From a virus, in IMG/VR virus record IMGVR_UViG_3300029826_000001, positions 3,304 through 67,303 of that record: a stretch of DNA of 64,000 nucleotides. The stretch is one strand, 5' to 3'. The notes below the pieces were generated by a model. It saw only the letters and a program-made list of their open reading frames with translations. It made no database searches and was not told where the DNA came from. Position 1 is the stretch's first letter. The number at the start of each line of letters is the position of its first letter. A program made the position numbers and the translations under genes. Shown in pieces: positions 31,007 through 40,189 of the stretch.

Positions 31007-34000
31007 CACAATTATTTAAGGTGCTACTGGATGGGGTATCTGTTACTAAAAAAGTTGTTGATGTTACAATAAATGAGTCTGTAGGTTCAATATTTAACAC
31101 TGCAATTTTCAAGATAGCTGGAGTGTACCCAGAATTGTACAATGGTGCTAACGTACAGATAACACATGGAGACCATGTTTTTAATGGTTTTGTTCTTGGG
31201 TTCTCTAAGGTTTCAAGAGATAGCTATACTGTAAGTTGTAGGTCAAATGGAGGCAGGTTGTCTGAGCCGTTTTTTACAGATACAGAGAGAATGTCTATTG
31301 CTACTGATGCAATAGGGTTATGTGCTGAATTTGCTTATGAGTCTGGAGTGCAGATTTCATATATTTCTCCAAATATTTCTTTTGGTGGAGCATGGATTAG
31401 TGATGGTACTCCAGATGCTGAACTTATGAAGCTTGCCAACATAACTGGTGCTGATATTTATGATGACGGAACTGGTATAGTAATAGAGCCAGTTAAAGCT
31501 GTTTCTGGCTCTGCCGAGATTATAGAGGCTAATGAAATTATTGATTTCGCTGTTATTGAAAAAAGCATCATGAATAACAATTTGGGTATTGTAATAACAA
31601 AGACGGAAGAGGACACAACCTCATCGTCACAGTCATACAGTGGAGATGTTATTGCATACAATACTATAAACTTTGATATAAAAGAAGATGAGTCAATTGC
31701 AAAAATATATATTTCACCATTCCAAAAAATGGATGACTATGATGGATTTATAATCACAAAATATGGAGATATTGAGACTTTAATAGACTCTCAAATGATG
31801 AATGGTGATACAGTTATTGGTTTGACATCTGCTATAAAATCAATTGTAGGTGTAACACTAAATGGTATACCAATAACAAACTACAAGTATAAGCTGAACA
31901 CAAATGTTGTTTACTTTGACACCCCTCAATATGGTGAGCTAAGAGTGCAATATGAGACAAGATATCATCTTGTATCAATGGAGGCAGAATATACACCAGC
32001 TGGAAACTTTTCGCACATAATGGTTAAGGTTGGAGAAAACATAAAAGAGTGGAGTGGTTTTGTTAGGTCTGGTGCATCTCTTACTGGTGGAGGAATCACA
32101 GATGATGGAACAAGGATTTTTGGTGGAGATGACAATGTATCATACTATTCTGAGACTGGGTTCAATTCTGATGATGGATTTTTGATTAATACTTTTGGTG
32201 ATTCTGCTGTTGTTGAACTATATTCAGGAAGTGAGCTTATAGATGGAGCAATAACAGAGTCTCCAGATGTTGTACTGCTTACTGAGGTAAACACTGTAAC
32301 ATTATTGTCTGGTCAAGTAGGTGTTGACCCAGTTTATGGATACTCAACAGACTATACTCCAATATCCGTTGTAAGTGTAAGGGATGGTGTTCAGTCTGGT
32401 TCTGATGGTGTGTCTGTAAGTTTCACTGTTAATGAGTTTGATGAAATTGTTGTTGGTGAAGATTATGGCACAGTATTGACAAAATATTATGCATCGAAAT
32501 TTGATGTTACTGGTTCTTTGACATCATCACTTATTACAGAACAGCTTGATTCTATTGATGATGGTGGTGTTTTTAAGATAATACCATCTCAGGTTCTTTC
32601 TGGAACAGTTAGTGTTATAAAAGATGGTCAGAATATATCTTTTACTGAGAATGTTTCTGGTGGATATATAGAGGTTGGTCAAGAATATAGCAAATTGTCT
32701 GTCACATACTGGACTGATACACAAAATCTTGTTAAAAATAAAGAGTCTGCAACAGTTGAAATGATTAGTGGTAATTATGGGATATATCCAGATTATCCAA
32801 TTGGTGATGTTATTGGTGTGTACTCTAATGGTCAACCAATATCATATACTACTGCACAAGATTCACAGCTTGTAGATTATATACAGCTTGATGGATGGTA
32901 CTCTAATCTTCAGGTTAATTATAGTGGTGTTGGGTTGGTGTCTGAGGATTTGGATTATATTGATGCTGTATGGGGTATTTATACTGATTTCCCAGTTGAG
33001 TCAGTATCGCTTCTAACATCAAACGGTTTACCTATAGATTACACTATAGAGGATGGATATATAGGTGTTGATTCCAAGTATCCGAATGTTGAGGTTGAAT
33101 ATTATACTACTGGAGAAGAGTTCTATGTTAAATATGATAGTGAATATAGTGACAAGGTATCACTGAAAATTTATCCAGATGGTTCAGACCCAGACGAATA
33201 CGATAGTATACTTCTTGAGTTAGATGACGAGTATATTGATGGATTCGGGTATGGTCAGAATAATACAAAGTATTTCTTTTATGAGATTGATACAAGTGGC
33301 GGTGGTGAGCCTAACTATGTTACGGGGTTTGCAATATACTGTTTTGGCGAGGAGCCAGATTTTGAATTATACTCTGGAATCACAAAAATTACCACAGACG
33401 GAAAGATTACACAAAGAGGTTCGGTTAATGAGTCTTGGACTATAAAAGAAAGAGCAAACATACAGAATGATGATTCTGGAAGAAGAGTAATTTACACTGG
33501 ATACCAAAGTAACGGCATAGTGAAATTAACATCAAATGGAATAGATATAAACTATTCAGAATCCGTAGATGATTATGGAAGGACGATGATTGTGCTTGAT
33601 GATATGTATCCACAAGTAGATGTATATTACAATTTGACTTGTAGGATTTACGACCTTCAGTATGCAGAAAATCTTTCTGAAGAGCAGACATTAATTATCA
33701 TATGCAATGAAACTGGAGATAGATATGAAATCCCTCTTCAGAACAGTAGAAGCAGTGATGATTGGTATGACCCATCAAATATCCCTTGTTCATATCCTCA
33801 AGATTTTCCGTTTAATATCCCAGAGCTTCTTGATTTGAAATTGAATGATTGTATCGGTAAGTCAATACAAGATATGGGAACTGTTGGTGATGATGGTTTT
33901 ATATTTGTAACAATAACACAAGACGGTCTATATGAATGGGATGCTAGTTCATTGAAACCAAGAACAACAATAACACTTAGAGCAAATGTGAATGGGAGCT

Positions 34001-34008
34001 TAGAGTAA
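31003..34008 (+). CDS. tail hub/baseplate-like protein with internal beta repeats
   Basis: Hub-like N-terminus; repeated P..V..V.SNG..I.Y...Y..V.V.Y units. Confidence 0.65.
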   Translation: MTQLFKVLLDGVSVTKKVVDVTINESVGSIFNTAIFKIAGVYPELYNGANVQITHGDHVFNGFVLGFSKVSRDSYTVSCRSNGGRLSEPFFTDTERMSIATDAIGLCAEFAYESGVQISYISPNISFGGAWISDGTPDAELMKLANITGADIYDDGTGIVIEPVKAVSGSAEIIEANEIIDFAVIEKSIMNNNLGIVITKTEEDTTSSSQSYSGDVIAYNTINFDIKEDESIAKIYISPFQKMDDYDGFIITKYGDIETLIDSQMMNGDTVIGLTSAIKSIVGVTLNGIPITNYKYKLNTNVVYFDTPQYGELRVQYETRYHLVSMEAEYTPAGNFSHIMVKVGENIKEWSGFVRSGASLTGGGITDDGTRIFGGDDNVSYYSETGFNSDDGFLINTFGDSAVVELYSGSELIDGAITESPDVVLLTEVNTVTLLSGQVGVDPVYGYSTDYTPISVVSVRDGVQSGSDGVSVSFTVNEFDEIVVGEDYGTVLTKYYASKFDVTGSLTSSLITEQLDSIDDGGVFKIIPSQVLSGTVSVIKDGQNISFTENVSGGYIEVGQEYSKLSVTYWTDTQNLVKNKESATVEMISGNYGIYPDYPIGDVIGVYSNGQPISYTTAQDSQLVDYIQLDGWYSNLQVNYSGVGLVSEDLDYIDAVWGIYTDFPVESVSLLTSNGLPIDYTIEDGYIGVDSKYPNVEVEYYTTGEEFYVKYDSEYSDKVSLKIYPDGSDPDEYDSILLELDDEYIDGFGYGQNNTKYFFYEIDTSGGGEPNYVTGFAIYCFGEEPDFELYSGITKITTDGKITQRGSVNESWTIKERANIQNDDSGRRVIYTGYQSNGIVKLTSNGIDINYSESVDDYGRTMIVLDDMYPQVDVYYNLTCRIYDLQYAENLSEEQTLIIICNETGDRYEIPLQNSRSSDDWYDPSNIPCSYPQDFPFNIPELLDLKLNDCIGKSIQDMGTVGDDGFIFVTITQDGLYEWDASSLKPRTTITLRANVNGSLE

Positions 34009-34292
34009 TGGCAACTTATACTTTTCAACTTGCAACTGGAAACACTGGAAAGAAAACTATTGTAGACCCTATGTTGAACACCGAACGTATAGCAAACGAG
34101 AGAGCTAGAAGAGAGTTCATGGAGAATGGATATACACATAAGTATGTTACACTTAAAACGTATAGAACTGATTTAGTGTTAAACCAGATAATATCGGTTC
34201 ATGGTGTTAAGTTCAAGATTATTGCAAAAAACACAAGTTCTGATGATAAAAAAGTAATTGTATCAATAACTGGAGTTAGATATGAGCAATAA
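34008..34292 (+). CDS. tail protein (hub C-terminal-like)
   Basis: I.DPML.TE..A.ERAR.E motif; coupled. Confidence 0.6.
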   Translation: MATYTFQLATGNTGKKTIVDPMLNTERIANERARREFMENGYTHKYVTLKTYRTDLVLNQIISVHGVKFKIIAKNTSSDDKKVIVSITGVRYEQ

Positions 34293-34425
34293 AAACGTAT
34301 CAAAAGCCATCTATGATGCCGTAAAAAGGCAAACTATAGTTAAGAAACCAAATATATCAAATGGAGCAAAAATAAGCTCTACGGTCATTTTCAGTGCAAT
34401 TAAGATACAAAACATGAATGAGTAA
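34282..34425 (+). CDS. small hypothetical protein (47 aa, not in ORF track)
   Basis: GGAG RBS; fills the gap before 34428. Confidence 0.5.
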   Translation: MSNKNVSKAIYDAVKRQTIVKKPNISNGAKISSTVIFSAIKIQNMNE

Positions 34426-34427
34426 TT

Positions 34428-36173
34428 ATGGCTTTCGGAAGTGCTTACTATGTAGACCCATGTATTAACGATAAACCTCAAGACCCTTGTTGGATGATAA
34501 CAACAAGAACTGCAAATGAAATAACAGAAGAGGAGCCTATTGAGCCAAATAATAGCTTCAAGGCATCATCAGCAACAAGTGACAGAATAAAGAAGGTTAG
34601 AGAAGGTCAATGTTGGGAAGTTAGGGTTAGTCAAGACCCATGTTGGTCTCTAAATGTCAGTACGTTGTGTGGTCAAAATCCAAATCCAAGATTTGAAAAA
34701 GATATAGAGCTTGAAGAGCATGATATATTTAGAGCATACGCTGTTCATATAAGGGGTGGGGAGATATATATGGCTGTAGAGTTTAGACCACCAGACGAGC
34801 CAGACGATGTGTATCTTGATATTTTTGGTTACAGCGGTAAACCTATACAAGTTGGTCAGGATTTGAAATATGCATATTATCCATCATACAAATCAACACA
34901 AATAGTTGATGTTTCACACCCGTTGACTGGTGCTGTTCCTCATAGTATCGGTGTTGGAGACTATGGATACAAGTATATAATAACTGATAAACCAGAGTTC
35001 TTTGAAGTTAGATATAAGCTTGATGCTGGATTCAGAATTATTAGGGGTATTTTTTCAAGTGCATTTGATAAGCAAGGTCATTATATGTCTGCTATAATTG
35101 ATTCAATTGAACTCAACAATACACTCATAGGTGCTGGATGTTCTCTTATGGCTCATGAAAGTTCAGGTCTTACTGATTACTTGTATTTCAATGCAATGAA
35201 TGGAAATTCGTATAGAATTGATATGCTAGGGTTTTCTATTGTACCTTTGTCCACTTCAAATTTGAACTATATGCTCACAAAAACAATCGCATTGAAGACA
35301 GAAAGTAAGACAAGATTCTATGTTGAAGAGGACTATGGTGAGCCAAATGCATATCCTACAGATTTTGCTCTGGGTTCATATAAATGGACATATCTTAATG
35401 TTATGCAGAATGATGAAATTACAATTGGTTTTCCAGTATTTGATGGGAATATTTTAAATTACGAACAAGCAGTATTGCAGAATTTATATTACCTTATTCA
35501 AGACCCAGAGTCATCTGGCGGTTCATGGGGAGGGGTTGGTAATACTGGCTCTATTATTGGTACAGCACCATATAATCCAGATAAATATTTCAGAGAACCT
35601 ATACCGTATCCCCCAGTGATACCATATACACTACCATCATACTATGGTAATTATGCTGTTCTTGTTGGTATGACCCCATATACAAGCTATATTACAGATG
35701 GTTTTGAACTTGTAGCTAACGGACTTATGAGTGATTCAATCATAAGAATGAATATAGGTGATGATTTCATAATTTCAACTGGAGGTGAGATACTTTATCT
35801 CGAAAATAATCACGGTTCTTTTGTTGGAATAACTGTTCATAAGATAATTGACCACTCTCAGGGTGGACTTGGAATATTTTATGGTGTTAATCCATCCCAT
35901 CCAATTGATAATGTTCTTGCTGTATATTTTGATGGTAATCCAATACCATACCAGATAGCTCAGGATTCATCAGAAAACTTCTTTTTGAATGTGTACAAAC
36001 AGTATGGTAATGTAGATGTTGATTATTCTGGAATTGGTATCGTATCAGAGCAAGTAAATAAGATAGGTGAGACCAAGATAGACTATTGCTATTATCAAGG
36101 AATTCTTGTTATGTCAAATGGAACAAATGTGCTAAAAGTAAGAGATGTTATTGATGCTATTTTTTGGAATTAG
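34428..36173 (+). CDS. tail tip/structural protein
   Basis: Last gene of the tail module; shares a roughly 50-aa module with 31003..34008. Confidence 0.6.
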   Translation: MAFGSAYYVDPCINDKPQDPCWMITTRTANEITEEEPIEPNNSFKASSATSDRIKKVREGQCWEVRVSQDPCWSLNVSTLCGQNPNPRFEKDIELEEHDIFRAYAVHIRGGEIYMAVEFRPPDEPDDVYLDIFGYSGKPIQVGQDLKYAYYPSYKSTQIVDVSHPLTGAVPHSIGVGDYGYKYIITDKPEFFEVRYKLDAGFRIIRGIFSSAFDKQGHYMSAIIDSIELNNTLIGAGCSLMAHESSGLTDYLYFNAMNGNSYRIDMLGFSIVPLSTSNLNYMLTKTIALKTESKTRFYVEEDYGEPNAYPTDFALGSYKWTYLNVMQNDEITIGFPVFDGNILNYEQAVLQNLYYLIQDPESSGGSWGGVGNTGSIIGTAPYNPDKYFREPIPYPPVIPYTLPSYYGNYAVLVGMTPYTSYITDGFELVANGLMSDSIIRMNIGDDFIISTGGEILYLENNHGSFVGITVHKIIDHSQGGLGIFYGVNPSHPIDNVLAVYFDGNPIPYQIAQDSSENFFLNVYKQYGNVDVDYSGIGIVSEQVNKIGETKIDYCYYQGILVMSNGTNVLKVRDVIDAIFWN

Positions 36174-36174
36174 A

Positions 36175-36300
36175 CCTATTGATAAATTCGTCAATACCCT
36201 ATTGATATTTTTATCAATACCCTATTGACAAATATGTCAAGTAAATAATACAAGATATTAATAATATAAAATATATTTAATAAATTAAATATACAAAAGT
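36175..36300. repeat. three 23-bp tandem palindromic iterons plus AT-rich tract; candidate replication origin
   Basis: CCTATTGAy-N6-rTCAA units at 36175, 36198 and 36221, followed by about 60 bp of nearly pure A/T. Confidence 0.7.
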
Positions 36301-36344
36301 TTTCAAAACTAAGATAAAAACACAATACAAAGTTAAGAAATAAA

Positions 36345-36400
36345 TAAGTCAATAATTGTTATAATATTCTTTGCAATAAAACCAACACAAAGGATTAGAT
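36345..36400 (+). promoter_or_regulatory. early promoter/leader cassette P2
   Basis: TAAGTCAATAATTGTTATAAT...AAAACCAAC..AAGGATTAGAT-ATG. Confidence 0.85.
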
Positions 36401-37168
36401 ATGGTCGAAGATTCAAAAAAGAATGACATTGTAATTTCTGAACAAAAACCACAAAAGGACAATTGGCTTACACTCGAAGAAAAGCAGATTGTTATGACAC
36501 AGTTTTTCCCACCTAATGCTACTCAGGCAGATATGGTGTACTGCATGAATGTTGCAAAGACTTTCAACCTCAACCCTATACTAAAGCAAATCTTCTTTGT
36601 TAGCAGAAGAACAAAGAATGAAGAGACTGGACAGTGGATAACAAAAATCGAACCGCTTGCTGGTAGGGATAGTTTTCTTACCCTCGCACACAGAACAAAG
36701 ATGTTCGATGGGATAGAGAGTCATATTGAGGTCAAGGAGATACCTTCACTTGAAAATGGTGAATGGGTTATGAAGAAAGAGCTTGTTGCCATTGCGAATG
36801 TATGGAGAAAAGACACTCAAAGACCATTCTCGGTAGAGGTATCATACAGCGAGTATGTACAAAAGACAAGCAATGGAGAGGTTACAAAGTTCTGGAAAGA
36901 TAAGCCTCACACTATGCTCAAAAAGGTTGCAGAGTCTCAGGCACTTAGAAAGGCTTTCAATATCACTGGTCTATACGATGAAAGTGAGCTTGATAATGAG
37001 GCAGAGAAAAGAAAAAACACAACAAATGCAAAAGAAAATCTTGATGAAAAACTTGAGATTCCATATGCAACAAAAAATAATGTACCTCAGAAACAAGTAG
37101 TAGAAGAAGAATATATCGAGCATGACGATATTGTTGTTGAATCAATAACTGGTGAAGAAAATGAATGA
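36401..37168 (+). CDS. bet: Bet/RecT-family single-strand annealing recombinase
   Basis: LNP..KQI.F, W...P.TML.KVAESQALRKAF..TGLYDESE. Confidence 0.9.
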   Translation: MVEDSKKNDIVISEQKPQKDNWLTLEEKQIVMTQFFPPNATQADMVYCMNVAKTFNLNPILKQIFFVSRRTKNEETGQWITKIEPLAGRDSFLTLAHRTKMFDGIESHIEVKEIPSLENGEWVMKKELVAIANVWRKDTQRPFSVEVSYSEYVQKTSNGEVTKFWKDKPHTMLKKVAESQALRKAFNITGLYDESELDNEAEKRKNTTNAKENLDEKLEIPYATKNNVPQKQVVEEEYIEHDDIVVESITGEENE

Positions 37169-38234
37169 GACACTCGGAGTAATTGAGAGCAGTGAAGAGT
37201 ACCATAGCAACAAAGCTATTGGTAGTACAACTTGCAAGGCATACATGGTAAACCCAGTAAAGGCATACAAGACATGGAGTGGTGAGATTGAGATGAAGGA
37301 GTCTCAGGCATTGATTGATGGCAAGTTGATTCATTGTCTGATACTTGAGCCTCATGTGTTTAACGATGAGTTCCATATTCTTGGAGATGGTGACATAAGA
37401 TACAATAAGGAACTTGTTCAACACATAGAGGAGAATATACTAAATAAACGAATGGTATTGTACCCTCAAGAGCTTTTAACACCTTCTGGCAACCTATCAT
37501 CCTCAAAAAAGGCAAAAGAGGAAATAGAGGCATTTAAGCTTAAAAATGGGGATTGTTTATTTTTAACACCAGCTCAATACGCTGAATACAAGTTTTATCT
37601 GAATGTAAAAGGCAAGATTTTAATTACCAATGAGCAGTACGAGTATGCAAGTAAAATAGCAAAAAAGGCACTTGCATATGAGTTCCAGATGACTACAACT
37701 ATGGGGGTGTTCACGTTTACTCTTCAGGATGCAATCAATAACGAATCTGCGATTATGGAGAGGTCGTTCTACGCATGGTACAACCCAGATACTGGAGAAG
37801 TAACCAAAGAGAAGATGACTGAAGATTCAATCCATGTAAAAACAAAGCCAGACATCATGCTTGAGGTCGGTAAAATGATTTATGTTGTGATTGATGTCAA
37901 GAGTGCCATTGATGCAAGTCCAGATACAGTAAGAAGTGCTGGTAGGTTGTTTTATCATCTTCAGGAGGCACACTATACAAAGATTCTTGAGGCACATGGA
38001 ATCAAGGTGTATAAGTTCAAATTTATGTTCACTGGTAAAGAGGAGTGGTCTACTTGCCAAGATTATGAGTATGGAGAAACTACTAAAGATTTGGGTGTAC
38101 AGCATTTTCACAAAGCAATGAAGATGCATAGACTAGCAATCAATGGAGAAGTCAGGGAGACCATCTTTGATGGAGAAAAGTACGATAGGGAGCCAGTAGT
38201 TGATGTTCCAAACTGGTTGTTTTATCTTGATTAG
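37161..38234 (+). CDS. RecE/ExoVIII-like PD-(D/E)XK exonuclease
   Basis: EEYH...IGST, G.L.H.LILEP, ERSFY, K.KPD, IDVKS, YHLQ.A.Y; adjacent to bet. Confidence 0.85.
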   Translation: MNETLGVIESSEEYHSNKAIGSTTCKAYMVNPVKAYKTWSGEIEMKESQALIDGKLIHCLILEPHVFNDEFHILGDGDIRYNKELVQHIEENILNKRMVLYPQELLTPSGNLSSSKKAKEEIEAFKLKNGDCLFLTPAQYAEYKFYLNVKGKILITNEQYEYASKIAKKALAYEFQMTTTMGVFTFTLQDAINNESAIMERSFYAWYNPDTGEVTKEKMTEDSIHVKTKPDIMLEVGKMIYVVIDVKSAIDASPDTVRSAGRLFYHLQEAHYTKILEAHGIKVYKFKFMFTGKEEWSTCQDYEYGETTKDLGVQHFHKAMKMHRLAINGEVRETIFDGEKYDREPVVDVPNWLFYLD

Positions 38235-38242
38235 GATATCAA

Positions 38243-38506
38243 ATGACGATAGAAGAGTTTGAGAAAGGGATAAGAGACCTTCTTTTGGAGCATATTGGTA
38301 AGATGCACCTTGCTCCATTTGAACACTGGTTTGAGGTAGAGGTAAAAGGAAAGTATCATGATAAGCTGGTTACTGTTACTTTTCTTCATAGGAGAATAGT
38401 TTCAAGGTTGGATGCTGAAAGAATTGTTGAGAGAGCACCAGAGTATGATGTGCTGTTTGAGTATATTCTTAAATCAATAGAAAAAAGACTAAAGGAGAAA
38501 AAATGA
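38243..38506 (+). CDS. hypothetical protein
   Basis: RBS, tandem ORF. Confidence 0.65.
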   Translation: MTIEEFEKGIRDLLLEHIGKMHLAPFEHWFEVEVKGKYHDKLVTVTFLHRRIVSRLDAERIVERAPEYDVLFEYILKSIEKRLKEKK

Positions 38507-38865
38507 GAGACAAGAAAGTAAGTGTTAAAAGAATTGAGTTGCTTAAAGAGTTAGAGAAAAACATGGAGATTCATGTTAAAGACTTCGGAGACATGATGGA
38601 TGCGTACTTTGTTGATGTTGTAAGGTCTGCTGATGAGCTTAGGAAAAAGGTTGCTGAACTTGATAGTGATTTTGACCCAAGAAACTGGTCATTCCCTTCA
38701 AAGCCAGTATCATACGAGAAGGACTATAGTGTAGCAATCAGAATGTTTGAAATGGAGGTCAATGATGTTGTTGAGTTGACTGAAGAGGAGTTCAGACAGT
38801 TTGTTTGTGATGAGTGGAACTGGAAACGTAAATTTGACATGATGAAAACAGCTTACTCAAGATAG
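38503..38865 (+). CDS. hypothetical phage protein
   Basis: P.SY.K.Y..AI.M.EM...D..EL...EF.Q.V.DEW.W pattern. Confidence 0.7.
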   Translation: MRDKKVSVKRIELLKELEKNMEIHVKDFGDMMDAYFVDVVRSADELRKKVAELDSDFDPRNWSFPSKPVSYEKDYSVAIRMFEMEVNDVVELTEEEFRQFVCDEWNWKRKFDMMKTAYSR

Positions 38866-38874
38866 GAGGATAAA

Positions 38875-39198
38875 ATGTCAGATAGAAAAAAGATTGTAGT
38901 TGAGGCTGAGCTTGATGCTACTGGTAATGGTATAACCTATTTGTATATTGGAGACATATACTTAACCTACATAATTAAGCCAGTTAGTATTGATTTGGAT
39001 GACCTAGCTCCAGAGAATTTTGTTGACTGCAACAAGTATGATGCACTTGAAAATGAAACAAGTACGGTTGGTGAAGCAAAAGTTGTTGAAGATTATCCTA
39101 CGGTCAGGTATGGTGAGGTTGATGAAGCATTGAGGTTGAAAGACAAAGGTTTTTCTGATGAAGTGATTATTGAGATAATCAAGTTGGCTAAAAATTAA
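38875..39198 (+). CDS. hypothetical protein
   Basis: AGGAGG RBS. Confidence 0.65.
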   Translation: MSDRKKIVVEAELDATGNGITYLYIGDIYLTYIIKPVSIDLDDLAPENFVDCNKYDALENETSTVGEAKVVEDYPTVRYGEVDEALRLKDKGFSDEVIIEIIKLAKN

Positions 39199-39212
39199 AG
39201 AGGTAAATTAAA

Positions 39213-39818
39213 ATGAATATCGGTTGGGTACAACAAAAAGAAGTAAAAACAGATGGTGGAACAGCAAAGTTCCTTGAGATGTCAATTAGAGCACCCTTTG
39301 GCTCCATGACGGCAACACTTACAAAATATAAACCAAAGGAAGGTGAGGAGCATAATGAAAACTCACCAGATTACTACATCAACTTCAGTCCAAACAGAAA
39401 GGGTGAGAGCTTTGACAGAATGAGAGTTGGAGCACTTTGGATGAAGCAATCTCAAAACAATGAGACATACATGAGTGGATACATTGACAGTCCTTTTATG
39501 GTTCCAGCTGGTAGACTGCATATCAATGTGGTCAAGTATGTTCACAGAGAAGGAATGAAAGTTCAGCCTATTCTCTACAATGTGCTCTGGAGTTCACAAG
39601 CTGAGAATGACAGTCACAAAAGAAGAACAGCTAGTCAAGGTGGATATGATGATGGTAGAGGTGGTGATTATGATAGCGGTTATGCAGATTATCAAGAATC
39701 AGTAGGTCAGAGTCAGCAAGTTGGAACAACTGCTGGTGGAGCACCAGTAACTGTTGAAAATGCTCCAGCACATCATATTCCAGAAATTGACATCAGTGAA
39801 GAAGAAATACCCTTTTAG
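39213..39818 (+). CDS. ssDNA-binding protein (DUF736-like OB fold)
   Basis: NSPDY...VGALW.K....Y.SG.ID.P; Gly-rich linker; acidic EEEIPF tail. Confidence 0.8.
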   Translation: MNIGWVQQKEVKTDGGTAKFLEMSIRAPFGSMTATLTKYKPKEGEEHNENSPDYYINFSPNRKGESFDRMRVGALWMKQSQNNETYMSGYIDSPFMVPAGRLHINVVKYVHREGMKVQPILYNVLWSSQAENDSHKRRTASQGGYDDGRGGDYDSGYADYQESVGQSQQVGTTAGGAPVTVENAPAHHIPEIDISEEEIPF

Positions 39819-39829
39819 AATGGAATCAT

Positions 39830-39870
39830 TTAATCTAAAATATAATTCCATTTTAGATAAAGAATTTTTA
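39830..39870 (+). terminator. AT-rich hairpin after the SSB gene
   Basis: ATCTAAAAT / ATTTTAGAT stem followed by a T run. Confidence 0.4.
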
Positions 39871-39889
39871 AGGTAAGTATTGTTATAAT
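39867..39889 (+). promoter_or_regulatory. promoter for the ncRNA/initiator unit
   Basis: TTTAAGGTAAGTATTGTTATAAT; variant of the early promoter lacking the CCAATAA core and the AACCAAC leader. Confidence 0.75.
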
Positions 39890-39895
39890 ACGACA

Positions 39896-40160
39896 ACCTA
39901 TGAAGGAGGGTTTGTTGGTTGCTTCCCATCCTTCAAAAAGTAGGTAGGAGTAACAGCCTTAGCTCCGATTCTTGACATGAAGCTAGTTTCCTAGTCCGAA
40001 CGGTCGCTTCATTCAAGAAGGTTCCTTATGTAATTTTAATGCAGTTGTCCAACTGTATCAGACTTTGGGTGCCACCCCTCTTCCCCTTTAGGCACCCAAG
40101 TTTGATTATCTGACTGTTGCATTAAGATTATCCTCAAGGATTTGGCATTGGACAACTGCT
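39896..40160 (+). ncRNA. structured multi-hairpin RNA; candidate antisense regulator of early leaders
   Basis: Stems ACCTA-TGAAGGA-GGG/CCC-TCCTTCA-TAGGT, TTCTTGA-ATGAAGC/GCTTCAT-TCAAGAA and TTGGGTGCC/GGCACCCAA; first stem starts 7 nt after TATAAT; no credible ORF. Confidence 0.7.
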
Positions 40161-40189
40161 AATCAATCTTAAATAAAATTGTCGAAAGA

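Noticed and set aside
25584-36173. Diversity-generating retroelement or invertible fibre cassette
   Set aside because: No reverse transcriptase or invertase, and no nucleotide-level TR/VR pair was noticed; repeats are visible only at protein level
36175-36242. 23-bp repeats as a mini-CRISPR array
   Set aside because: The units are directly adjacent with no spacers, and no cas genes are present
39896-40030. IS110-type bridge RNA or other nuclease guide RNA
   Set aside because: No recombinase, TnpB, IscB or Cas protein nearby; the loop complementarity points to mRNA leaders
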